From the NCBI GenBank assembly GCA_027068075.1, contig JAMOUJ010000006.1, positions 346,706 through 410,705 on the forward strand: 64,000 nucleotides of DNA, given 5' to 3'. Of this stretch, positions 19,299 to 28,450 are shown in pieces. Under the pieces are notes generated by a model. That model did not search any database and was not told the origin of the DNA. It saw only the letters and a list, made by a program, of their open reading frames with translations. The stretch's first letter is position 1, and the number at the start of each line of letters is the position of its first letter. The translations under genes and the position numbers were made by a program. The stretch is from Candidatus Aminicenantes bacterium (lineage in GTDB: Bacteria > Acidobacteriota > Aminicenantia > S016-38).

Positions 19299-20165
19299 AT
19301 GGAGATAACGGCGGAACTTTCCGAGAAACTTAAGGAATTTCAGAAGACAGAGATAACCGAGGCCCACATCTACAGGGCCCTGGCCCGGTCTGCCAGGGGC
19401 AAAAACCGCCGTGTTCTGGAAAGGATCGCCGCCGAGGAACTGGGCCATTACGAGAGGTGGAAAAACTACACCGGTCAGGAGGTAAAACCCAGCAGGCTTC
19501 AGGTATTTCTTTACCGGATAATTTCCTTCATTTTCGGTTTGACCTTCGCGGTGAAACTCCTGGAAGGGGGAGAAAGGGAGGCCCAGGAAAAGTATTCTGT
19601 TCTTCTGGGAAAGATACCCGAGGCGGAGGAGATAATTCAGGAGGAGGTGGACCACGAAAGGGAACTCATGAATATGATAGAGGAGGAGAGGATAAACTAC
19701 ATAGGCTCCATGGTCCTGGGACTCAACGATGCCATAGTAGAACTTACCGGGGCCCTGGCAGGTCTTACCTTTGCCATACAGAAGGTGAAGGTTATAGGTC
19801 TTGCCGGGATGATAACGGGCATAGCCGCCGCCCTTTCCATGGGGGCCTCGGAATACCTTTCCCAGAAGGCCGAGGGAAACGAAAGCCCCCTCAAGGCCGC
19901 CGTCTACACCGCCATAGCCTACATCCTGGCGGTTTTTCTCCTGGTAATTCCCTACTTCCTCTTTTCGTCATACCTTCTCGCCCTGGCCGTAACCCTTCTA
20001 AATGCCCTCCTCATCATCCTTCTTTTTACCTTCTTCGTTTCGGTGGTCAGGGAGCAGAGGTTTCTTCCCCTATTCGGAGAGATGGTGGCCATAAGTTTCG
20101 GGGTGGCCTTCGTTTCCTTCCTTATAGGGTTGGCGGCCCGCCATTTCCTTAAAATAGAGATTTAA
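19299..20165 (+). CDS. Rubrerythrin-like + VIT1/CCC1 iron exporter (MbfA-like)
   Basis: ExxH motifs (EELGH, EEVDH), VLGLNDA, ALSMGASEYLS. Confidence 0.85.
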   Translation: MEITAELSEKLKEFQKTEITEAHIYRALARSARGKNRRVLERIAAEELGHYERWKNYTGQEVKPSRLQVFLYRIISFIFGLTFAVKLLEGGEREAQEKYSVLLGKIPEAEEIIQEEVDHERELMNMIEEERINYIGSMVLGLNDAIVELTGALAGLTFAIQKVKVIGLAGMITGIAAALSMGASEYLSQKAEGNESPLKAAVYTAIAYILAVFLLVIPYFLFSSYLLALAVTLLNALLIILLFTFFVSVVREQRFLPLFGEMVAISFGVAFVSFLIGLAARHFLKIEI

Positions 20166-20179
20166 TCCGGGAGGTGAAC

Positions 20180-20593
20180 ATGAAATACAAAGTGGAAGGT
20201 TCCGTTATACTGGCGGTGGGGGAGGACGGAGACAGCCTCCACGAGGTGGCCCGCCTTTTGAAGGAGTCCGGAGACACTCCCTCCACCATGGTGGTGACCT
20301 CCGCCACGGGCATGCTCAGGAAAATAAAGATGGGATACTGGGACGGGGAAAAATACCTGGAACACTCCTTTGAGGAGCCCATGGAACTTCTGGGGATAAG
20401 CGGGTTCATAGCCAGGGACGCTGAGCCCTTCTATCACTTCCATCTTACCCTGGCGGACCGTGAAGGAAGGGTGTGGGGAGGGCACATGATGGAGGCGGAG
20501 GTCTGCAACACCCTGGAACTTTTTTTAATAGGGACTTCCCTTAGAATTAAAAGGGTGCCTGTAGGCAACCTGAAGTTAATTTCCCTGGAATGA
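20180..20593 (+). CDS. PPC domain (DUF296) protein
   Basis: ELL.ISG, HFHLTLADREG.VWGGH; GGAGGTG SD before ATG 20180. Confidence 0.85.
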   Translation: MKYKVEGSVILAVGEDGDSLHEVARLLKESGDTPSTMVVTSATGMLRKIKMGYWDGEKYLEHSFEEPMELLGISGFIARDAEPFYHFHLTLADREGRVWGGHMMEAEVCNTLELFLIGTSLRIKRVPVGNLKLISLE

Positions 20594-21693
20594 GGATAGG
20601 AATAAGGGTCTCCCCCCTGGCCTCCCCCCTGACGGGGATTCCCGTGTATGTTTTAAACCTGGTCAGGGAAATAGCCAGGATAGACAGGGAAAACCTTTAC
20701 TTCCTCTACACCAACAGGGAAATTCCCTTTACCCTGGACCTTCCCGAGAACTTCCAGGTGGTTCTGGTCCGCAGACCCTATCCCCGGTGGCAGTTGTGGT
20801 ATCAAATCGGTCTTCCGGTACAGATGAGAAGGGACCGCCTTGACTTGTACCACGACACCCTCTTTCTCCTTCCCCTGCTCCAGGGAAAAATCCCCGGGGT
20901 GATAACCATCCACGACCTTTCCGGTCTCCTGATGCCCGACTTTCATCAGAGGAGGGTCTCTCTAACCAGCAGGCTGATTCCTCAGGCGGTGAGGAAGGCC
21001 CGCAGGATAATAACTGTATCCCATTTCACCCGGAAGGAGGTGGAGAAACTCTTCCCCTCCGCCGCCGGAAAGACCAGGGTGGTTTACAACGGAGTGGGTT
21101 CCCAATTCCAGCCCTCTCCTCCGGAGCGGGTGGAGGAAGTTAAGGTGAAATACGGCATAAAGGAGAATTACATAATGTACCTGGGGACGGTGGAGCCGCG
21201 TAAAAACCTGAAGACCTTACTTCGGGCCTTTGCCCTTCTCAAGAATAAGATTCCCCACCTTCTGGTGATTGCAGGGATGAAGGGCTGGAAGTACCACGGG
21301 ATTTTTGACCTCCTGAGGGAATTGTCCCTGGAGGAGAGGGTGGTTTTTACGGGATTTGTCCCCGAAGAGGACCTGCCTCCTCTTTACTCCGGGGCGGATG
21401 TCTTCGTTTATCCTTCCCTCTACGAAGGTTTTGGAATCCCGGTCCTGGAGGCCATGGCCTGCGGAACCCCTGTGGTGGCCTCTAAAACTTCATCCCTCCC
21501 CGAGGTGGTGGGGGATGCAGGTCTTCTGGCGGATCCCCATTCTCCCGGGGAAATAGCGGCGAGGATAGAGGAAGTTCTCAAAAATCCCGGCCTGGCGGAG
21601 AAACTTTCCCTTCTGGGCCGGAAAAGGGCCGGGGAGTTCACATGGGAAAGGACGGCCCGCGGGACCCTCCAGGTTTACGGCGAGGTCCTTTGA
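20590..21693 (+). CDS. Glycosyltransferase family 4
   Basis: TIHDL, EPRKN, PSLYEGFGIPVLEAMACG. Confidence 0.92.
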   Translation: MRIGIRVSPLASPLTGIPVYVLNLVREIARIDRENLYFLYTNREIPFTLDLPENFQVVLVRRPYPRWQLWYQIGLPVQMRRDRLDLYHDTLFLLPLLQGKIPGVITIHDLSGLLMPDFHQRRVSLTSRLIPQAVRKARRIITVSHFTRKEVEKLFPSAAGKTRVVYNGVGSQFQPSPPERVEEVKVKYGIKENYIMYLGTVEPRKNLKTLLRAFALLKNKIPHLLVIAGMKGWKYHGIFDLLRELSLEERVVFTGFVPEEDLPPLYSGADVFVYPSLYEGFGIPVLEAMACGTPVVASKTSSLPEVVGDAGLLADPHSPGEIAARIEEVLKNPGLAEKLSLLGRKRAGEFTWERTARGTLQVYGEVL

Positions 21694-22022
21694 AGTTCCT
21701 CCCAGGCATCGTAGGCCCTTCGGAGGTGGGGGATGGTAATGGAGCCTCCCACCACCAGGGCGATGGCCATGGCTTCGTTGAATTCTTCCCGGGAGATCCC
21801 TTCCCGATGACACCTGATTATGTGGTAGGTTACACAGTCGTCGCACCGCAGGACCAGGGAAGCCACCAGTCCCAGCAATTCCTTGTATTTGACAGGAATG
21901 CTTCCTCCCCGATAAACCTGGGAATCCAGGCTGAAGAACCTCTTTATCTCCAGGTTGGCCCTGGAAAGGACCAGGGCGTTCAACCTATCCCTTTCCCTCT
22001 GGAATTCTTCAATTTTTCCCAT
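21675..22022 (-). CDS. Carboxymuconolactone decarboxylase/AhpD-like protein
   Basis: KELLGLVASLVLRCDDCVTYH (CxxC..H). Confidence 0.85.
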   Translation of the reverse strand: MGKIEEFQRERDRLNALVLSRANLEIKRFFSLDSQVYRGGSIPVKYKELLGLVASLVLRCDDCVTYHIIRCHREGISREEFNEAMAIALVVGGSITIPHLRRAYDAWEELQRTSP

Positions 22023-22040
22023 TTCGTTCCTCCTTTCTCC

Positions 22041-23774
22041 TCATCCCTCAAAGGAATGGGAGTAGGTTATAAGTATGGAGTTTCGTGAAATAACCCTTTC
22101 CACCCTTCCCCCTTCCTCCATAATCGGAAGTTCCCCCAGGTCCAGTTTGGTGAGTTTCTGCAGAACCATTTTCAAGTTATCCCGGGGATAGACCAGGACT
22201 TCCTCCCCGTGGGTTATAAGGTCGTGGGCAAGGACCAGGGGGAAGATGAGTTCCCGGTTTTGAAGGACAAATTCCTTTACATGGTTTATGGAAATTATGC
22301 CTGAAAACTTCCCCCGGGCGTCCCTCACGCAGAGTATGTCTGCTCTGGTTCTTGTGAAAAGGTCCAGGATTCTCTCCAGGTTTTCCCCCTCGGAGACCCA
22401 GACCGCCTTTCCGCAGTAGGGGAGGGCATCCTCCACGGTGAGGCTTTCCAGGATGTCCACGGCGAAATCCCCTATGTGGGCCGGGGAGGAAAGTTTGTTG
22501 GGAACTTGTTTCTCGTAGATGGTTACCTCTCCGCTGGCCAGAAGTCCGAAGATTATAACCACCAGGGCAGGAACTATGAGACCGTAACCTCCGGTCATTT
22601 CCATGGTCATTATGAGGCCGGCCAGGGGAACCTTGGCCACGGCGGATATGTAGCCTGCCATCCCCACCACCACCAGAGGTTCAGGGCTGACCCCCAGGGA
22701 GGGAAACAGGGCCGAGGCCACATGGGCAAAAAGGGCTCCGAAAATACCGCCTATAACTATGGTGGGCCCGAAAATTCCTCCGGAGCCTCCGGAACTTATG
22801 GTGAAGGAGGTGGCCAGCATTTTTGCGAAGGGAAAAATTAGCATTACCCAGAAGGCCAGTTGTCCTGCGATGGCTACCTGAATCCACCCGTATCCTATTC
22901 CGGCGGCGTAGGGGAAAAACATGGCCATGGCCCCCAGGAGAATTCCGCCCAGGGCGGGTTTGAAAATATTGGGTATCCTCAGAGACCGGAAGATGTCCCT
23001 TATCCCGTAAAAAACCTTCACATAGGGATAGGCCATGAGGCCCAGAAAAAATCCGAAGGCAGAGTACATAAGAAGGTGGGCCGGATTGGTGAACCGGCTT
23101 CCCTGGGTTATGAAAATGGGTTTCCATCCGTGGAAGGCTCCGAAGATGGAATACCCCATGATGGAGCCGATGAGGGTGGGGATGAGGCTTTCCATTTCCA
23201 TGTCCATCTGGGTGTAAAGAACTTCCACGGCAAAGAGAGCACCTCCGAAGGGGGCCCTGAAGATGCTTCCTATGCCGGCCCCTATCCCCACCACCACCAG
23301 GGTTCTCCGCAACTCGGTGGGAAGTTTGAAAACATCCGCCAAAAAGGAACCGAAACCGGCTCCTATCTGGGCTATGGGACCTTCCCTTCCTGCGGAGCCA
23401 CCGCTTCCAATGGTGACGGCGGAGGCCAGGGTCTTTATTATGGGTACCCTCCACCTTATTTTCCCCTTTTTGAAATGGAAGGCCTCTATGGCGCTGTCGG
23501 TTCCGTGGCCCTCGGTTTCCGGGGCAAAGGTGTATATTAAAAATCCGGCCACCAGTCCGCCCAGGCCCAGGATCAGGGGGAAAAGATACCAGTGGTGGGG
23601 GAGGACGAAGGCCGAACTCCCTTCCCCTCCGGGCTTGGGGGGAACGAACCTCATGAGACCCACCATGACGAGTTTTTCTGCCCAGCGGAGAACCAGGTCA
23701 AAGAGGAGGGCTCCTCCCCCGGCAATGACGCCCACCAGAATTGAGTAGATTACCAGTTTAGGGAGTTTTTTCAC
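22041..23774 (-). CDS. ClC chloride channel/antiporter with CBS domains
   Basis: GHGTD, GGSAGREGP, GGIFGP, EMTG; start placed at GTG 23774, which has TATAAT 7 nt upstream. Confidence 0.9.
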   Translation of the reverse strand: MKKLPKLVIYSILVGVIAGGGALLFDLVLRWAEKLVMVGLMRFVPPKPGGEGSSAFVLPHHWYLFPLILGLGGLVAGFLIYTFAPETEGHGTDSAIEAFHFKKGKIRWRVPIIKTLASAVTIGSGGSAGREGPIAQIGAGFGSFLADVFKLPTELRRTLVVVGIGAGIGSIFRAPFGGALFAVEVLYTQMDMEMESLIPTLIGSIMGYSIFGAFHGWKPIFITQGSRFTNPAHLLMYSAFGFFLGLMAYPYVKVFYGIRDIFRSLRIPNIFKPALGGILLGAMAMFFPYAAGIGYGWIQVAIAGQLAFWVMLIFPFAKMLATSFTISSGGSGGIFGPTIVIGGIFGALFAHVASALFPSLGVSPEPLVVVGMAGYISAVAKVPLAGLIMTMEMTGGYGLIVPALVVIIFGLLASGEVTIYEKQVPNKLSSPAHIGDFAVDILESLTVEDALPYCGKAVWVSEGENLERILDLFTRTRADILCVRDARGKFSGIISINHVKEFVLQNRELIFPLVLAHDLITHGEEVLVYPRDNLKMVLQKLTKLDLGELPIMEEGGRVERVISRNSILITYSHSFEG

Positions 23775-23833
23775 GGAGAAAATTATAAGAATAAAGGGGG
23801 AGGGAGACAAATTCTGATGTTATAATAATCTGG

Positions 23834-24679
23834 ATGACCATGAAGGATTTTTTAATCAAAACGGCCGTAAGGCTCAAGGAGAGGGGTTATTACAGGCTTT
23901 CCTTCTGGTTTTTGGAAAGGGCCAAGAAAATGGGGGCCCGGGAAAGGGCCGAGGAACTGCTGGAAAAGCAAAAACACGAATACGCCGAATACCTGCTGGA
24001 AAAGGCCAGGGATTACGAAAGGAAGGGGGATTTTACCGAAGCCCTGATCCTGGCTGAGAGGGCCGGGGAGATGGGCGAAGATGTGGACGAGGAGTGGATG
24101 GAGGACCTGAGAAAGCGCTCCAGAAAGCAGAAGGAGTTTGAAACCCGGCTTCTTTTAAATCCCGCCTCCATGGGGTTTCAATTCGCCTCCAATTATAGAA
24201 AATGGCTTTTCTCCCTCACCGGAACTCCCCATTACTCGGACCAGGACGACAGTTCAAGGAAGGTTTTGCCCCCGGAACTTCTTAAGACCTGGAAGGAGGC
24301 GTACAACAAACCGGAGAATTACGAAGCACAGTATAAACTGGCCCTGAATTTTTCCGTGTACGGTTACATCTGGGAGGCCATTTCCCAGGCCCAGAGGGCC
24401 GAAGAACTAAAGAAAACTTCGGAGGTGGAGTTCCTCCTGGGGATGCTTTACATGGAGATGGGGGACAAGGAAAAGGCCGGGGAAAAATTGACCTGCGCCG
24501 TGGAATTGGACCCGGAAAATCAAGCCGCTTATTATTTCTTGGGAAAACTTTTTCTGGACCTGGACGAGGAGGCATCCCTCCATTACCTCCGCCGGTGCAT
24601 AGAGATAGACCCCAGCAGCGATCTGGCGGAGAACGCCCTGGACCTTCTGGGTGGGATAAGGAAGGAAGTGGAGGTATAA
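23834..24679 (+). CDS. TPR repeat protein
   Basis: TPR-like helices (AVELDPEN..AYYFLG, IEIDP). Confidence 0.75.
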   Translation: MTMKDFLIKTAVRLKERGYYRLSFWFLERAKKMGARERAEELLEKQKHEYAEYLLEKARDYERKGDFTEALILAERAGEMGEDVDEEWMEDLRKRSRKQKEFETRLLLNPASMGFQFASNYRKWLFSLTGTPHYSDQDDSSRKVLPPELLKTWKEAYNKPENYEAQYKLALNFSVYGYIWEAISQAQRAEELKKTSEVEFLLGMLYMEMGDKEKAGEKLTCAVELDPENQAAYYFLGKLFLDLDEEASLHYLRRCIEIDPSSDLAENALDLLGGIRKEVEV

Positions 24680-24993
24680 CTCTCCCTCCTGTTTTCGGCT
24701 ATTTTAGGGATAAGGTTTAAATTTTACGCCGGCGTGCCTATAATATTCTGGGGGAAGATGTGAAAAGCCTTTGTTTCAAGGCCCTTAGTCGTCCGGTTTT
24801 TCGTCTGTGTTTCAGATACGCAGGGGGGATACTCCCGGAGCCGGGCAGGGGCGCAGGAAGTGGAATTAAGTTACTCCTCGGTTTCCTTCGCCCCCATATG
24901 GAAAACTCCCCTTCAAGTGAAGTCATCCGCCACCTGAAAACTTCCCCAACATCGGTTAAGGCGGGGAGTCCATGATTTTTTCTGAAAAGAAAA

Positions 24994-26982
24994 ATGTTTC
25001 TGGATGAGTATTCCTTTTCCCTTTTCCTCCTCCTATCCTTCACCTTTATACTTGCCCTTTTTCTTATCCGCCTCAAAAATAAGGAAAAGTCCACCTATTT
25101 TCTTATCGGCTCCTACGCCAATATTTTCATGCTGTTTCTCTCCGGTTTTCTCGGTCTTTTGTTCCCTGACGGGCTGGGGGATAAATTTATCCTCCTCCAG
25201 TATGTGTTCGTTCACCTATCCCTGGTTTTTTTCATCCTTTTCGTCTACCATTTCCAGGGCCTATACCGGGGGAGGGAAGCCACGAAGATTTTTTACCTTT
25301 CCCTTCTTATTTTTTCGTTAATTTCCCTTTACATCTTGAAGTTGATATTTTCCAGGAAGGCGGTAAAGGGGGAGGAAATAGCATGGATCGCCATCGTGGC
25401 GGGTCTGGAGTTTCTTTGGGTCCTGGTGGTTCTGGTGAGGAAAACCCTCTTCTTCTTCCGGGGTGGAGCGAAGGATAAATCAAATCTTTTGAAGGCCAGA
25501 AGAACGAAAGTTTTTGCCTATTTGATGATTATTCCCATCGCCTTGAGTTTTTTGGTTTACCTGGGCTATCGGGGCGTTATCTCCAAAGAGGTACACAATG
25601 TATTTTTCACAGAGGGAACGGCCCTGTTCTTTTTCCTTTTCGTTTTAATGTATTTGAATCATTCCACCATCCCCGTGAGTTTGGTTTCCAAAATAGTAGG
25701 GATAACCCTGGTTTCGGCCTTGATCCTCCTGAATTTTACGGGTATGTTCTTCGTCTGGGAGGCCCGGAAGGCCTACGACAGCCTGAACCTTCAAAGGGTG
25801 AAACTCTGCCGGGAAAAACTGAGGACGGGTTCCCTGAAGGAACTTCCCTCGGATGTAAAGTACATTCTAAGGTTGAGGGGAGAAGAGTTTTTCCCCGGGG
25901 ATTTTGAAATAGTTTATTCTGCCCCCGGATGGGGAGGTACGGATTTTTTAAAGGAGGACAACCGCCTGAAAAGGGGGCGCAGGGTTAAATTCTTTTCCAG
26001 GGTGGAGAGGCTCGTGAAAAATACCCTCCACAGGGATCCGATGTATTTTTCCTATTTTTTCCCGTTGAGGGGAGGGGTTTATGAGGTGGGAATTTCGTCC
26101 ATGGCCTACAGGAAGCACATCCATCGTCTGGTTCTCAAGTTAATTTCGCTTTCCCTTTTCATATTCCTCTCCATTGTCTTTGTATTTCCCCGATTCTTTA
26201 AAAACTGCATAATAAATCCCGTGGACCAACTTCTCGGGGCCGCCCGGGAGATAGAAAGGGGAAACCTCAACCTGGAGGTTCCTGTGATGGTCCGCGACGA
26301 ATTTGGAATCCTCTCCGAAGCCTTTAACAACATGGCTTCTTCCCTGAGAAACTCCCGGGAGAAAATCCTGGAATACAGCAGAACCCTGGAGAGAAAAGTG
26401 GTTGAGAGAACCAGGGACCTTATGGAGAAAAACAGGATGCTTTCCCAGATGAAAAGGAGGCTGGAGGAGGCGGCCATCACCGATCCTTTGACCGGCCTTC
26501 TCAACAGGAGGGGGCTTTATCAACTCATAGAGCACGAGATGCGCAGGGCCAGGAGAAAGGGGAGTTGCTTCAGTTTGATAATCTGCGACATAGACGATTT
26601 TAAAAGAATCAACGACACCTATGGTCACGATTGTGGAGATAATGTTTTGCGAACCATAGCCCGTCTCCTTGAGGACAACTCCAGAAAGGTGGATCGGGTG
26701 GGCAGGTGGGGTGGGGAGGAATTTCTTATGGTACTTCCGGAAACCCCTCTGGACGGAGCCGTTGAGGTGGCGGAGAAGATAAGGAGGGTGATTGAGGCCA
26801 GGGAATTTCATTATGGAAAGGTATCTTTCCGGGTTACCATGACCTTCGGTATTTCCCTGTTTTCCTCTGCTACCCCATCCCTCCATCACTGCCTTAAAGA
26901 AGCCGACGACGCCCTCTACCGCGGTAAGTTTCTGGGGAAAAACACGGTGGTGGTATGGGAAAGGAATGTTCAGGAGTCCTGA
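24994..26982 (+). CDS. Membrane diguanylate cyclase with HAMP domain
   Basis: TM region, HAMP (RDEFGILSEAFNNM), DPLTGLLNRR, RKVD I-site, GGEEF. Confidence 0.9.
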   Translation: MFLDEYSFSLFLLLSFTFILALFLIRLKNKEKSTYFLIGSYANIFMLFLSGFLGLLFPDGLGDKFILLQYVFVHLSLVFFILFVYHFQGLYRGREATKIFYLSLLIFSLISLYILKLIFSRKAVKGEEIAWIAIVAGLEFLWVLVVLVRKTLFFFRGGAKDKSNLLKARRTKVFAYLMIIPIALSFLVYLGYRGVISKEVHNVFFTEGTALFFFLFVLMYLNHSTIPVSLVSKIVGITLVSALILLNFTGMFFVWEARKAYDSLNLQRVKLCREKLRTGSLKELPSDVKYILRLRGEEFFPGDFEIVYSAPGWGGTDFLKEDNRLKRGRRVKFFSRVERLVKNTLHRDPMYFSYFFPLRGGVYEVGISSMAYRKHIHRLVLKLISLSLFIFLSIVFVFPRFFKNCIINPVDQLLGAAREIERGNLNLEVPVMVRDEFGILSEAFNNMASSLRNSREKILEYSRTLERKVVERTRDLMEKNRMLSQMKRRLEEAAITDPLTGLLNRRGLYQLIEHEMRRARRKGSCFSLIICDIDDFKRINDTYGHDCGDNVLRTIARLLEDNSRKVDRVGRWGGEEFLMVLPETPLDGAVEVAEKIRRVIEAREFHYGKVSFRVTMTFGISLFSSATPSLHHCLKEADDALYRGKFLGKNTVVVWERNVQES

Positions 26983-27812
26983 AGCACGGCCCTGATCATG
27001 GCCTTCAAATTGATCGTATAGGCCTCTTTGGGCTGGCGGAGTCCAAGTTTCTGGTACTCGTTTTTGTAAATCTCCTCGGCCACCCTTTCCGGGTCTCCCC
27101 ACCTGGCGTAGAGTTTTAGAATTTCCTCCCGGAATTCCCGGGTCCTTTCCATGGACTTTTCAAGAAATTCCTTTCCCCGGGGAAATATTCCCCCGTGTCC
27201 CAGCCCCAGGGAGAAGTGGGAGTAGGTCATGATTTTTTTCAGGGAATCCAGGTATTGGGAGTAATTGGAGAGAAATTGTGGCCTTATGTGCCCGTCGTCT
27301 ATAACCCCGGCGGCGTCCCCCACGAATATTATTTCCTTCTCCTGAAAAGCGAAGGATATGGAACATCTCGTATGTCCCGGGGTTTCCAGGACGAAAAACT
27401 CGTCCAGCCCCTCCCCTTCCCCCAGGACCACATCCACGGAGAAGGGTTCAAACTCGTCTTCGGAGCGGACACCGAAGACCCTTTCCGCTTCCCTCTCCAG
27501 TTTTTTTATCAACTCCACGGCCCTGGGTTTCTTAAGGACCTCGGCGGTCCTGGCAGAAGAAACGATTTTCATGTGGGGGAAGCGTTTTTTCAAAACTGGA
27601 GCGGCCCCCACATGGTCGTAATGGGAGTGGGTAAGGAGAAGGAAATGGGGTTCCACCTCCAATTTCTCCAGGTCCTTCAGGATTTTTCGGCCCATGAAGG
27701 TAAAGGCTGAATCTACGAGGTAGTTCTTTTTGCCCCGTATTAAATAGACGGGGACCTCAGGAGCGTTCAAAAGGTAAATTCCGTCCCTGAATTCTCCCGT
27801 TCTGCTGAACAT
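26970..27812 (-). CDS. MBL-fold metallo-hydrolase
   Basis: THSHYDHVG, TPGHT, GD, GHG; start placed at ATG 27812. Confidence 0.88.
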   Translation of the reverse strand: MFSRTGEFRDGIYLLNAPEVPVYLIRGKKNYLVDSAFTFMGRKILKDLEKLEVEPHFLLLTHSHYDHVGAAPVLKKRFPHMKIVSSARTAEVLKKPRAVELIKKLEREAERVFGVRSEDEFEPFSVDVVLGEGEGLDEFFVLETPGHTRCSISFAFQEKEIIFVGDAAGVIDDGHIRPQFLSNYSQYLDSLKKIMTYSHFSLGLGHGGIFPRGKEFLEKSMERTREFREEILKLYARWGDPERVAEEIYKNEYQKLGLRQPKEAYTINLKAMIRAVLQDS

Positions 27813-27856
27813 GTTTTTAATATACCACATAGAGCCTTATGTGATATAATCATAGC

Positions 27857-28450
27857 ATGAAATTTCTCGGAATAAACGGCTCCAGTAGAAAGGATGGGTT
27901 ATCCAACAAACTTCTACAGATCGCTTCCAGGGAGTTTTCCCGTCTCGGACACGATTTTGAGGTTCTTCACCTGGTGGATTACAGGGTTGAATACTGCCGG
28001 GGCTGCGTTTCTGAGGACATTTCCCTGTGCACGCCGAAAAAATGTTACGAAATAGGGGACGATTTTGAGAAAATAGCCCGGAAAATGATCGGGAGCCAGG
28101 GAATCGTTTTTTCCACCCCCGTCTACTGGTATGCTCCCTCCGCCAGGCTGTGGGCCCTCATAGAGAGGATGACCTCCCTGGAGAACACCCCCCGGAAATA
28201 TCTGGAGGGAAAACCGGTGGGGGTGGTGGCGGCGGCAGGGGAAGATGGAGCCCAGAGCGCCATAACCAATCTGGTGGTACCCCTTATCCACATGGGGATG
28301 CTGGTGCTTCCCTTCGGGATGACTTATTTTTCCGGGAAAGAGGACGACCCTGAAACCGTCCGCTACATAGAAAGAATGGTTAAGAACATGATTTTTGCCG
28401 CCGAAAAATTGAAAGGTTATTCGTGGTGGCAAAGCAGGGAGGCTGACTGA
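27857..28450 (+). CDS. Flavodoxin-like iron-sulfur flavoprotein / NADPH-dependent FMN reductase
   Basis: GSSRKDG, CRGC....C, TPVYW, ER. Confidence 0.85.
   Translation: MKFLGINGSSRKDGLSNKLLQIASREFSRLGHDFEVLHLVDYRVEYCRGCVSEDISLCTPKKCYEIGDDFEKIARKMIGSQGIVFSTPVYWYAPSARLWALIERMTSLENTPRKYLEGKPVGVVAAAGEDGAQSAITNLVVPLIHMGMLVLPFGMTYFSGKEDDPETVRYIERMVKNMIFAAEKLKGYSWWQSREAD

Noticed and set aside
18600-19655. 351-aa minus-strand ORF
   Set aside because: Antisense to the well-supported ogg and VIT1 genes
24760-24975. 71-aa ORF as a protein gene
   Set aside because: No motifs and atypical composition; left as an alternative to the structured-leader hypothesis
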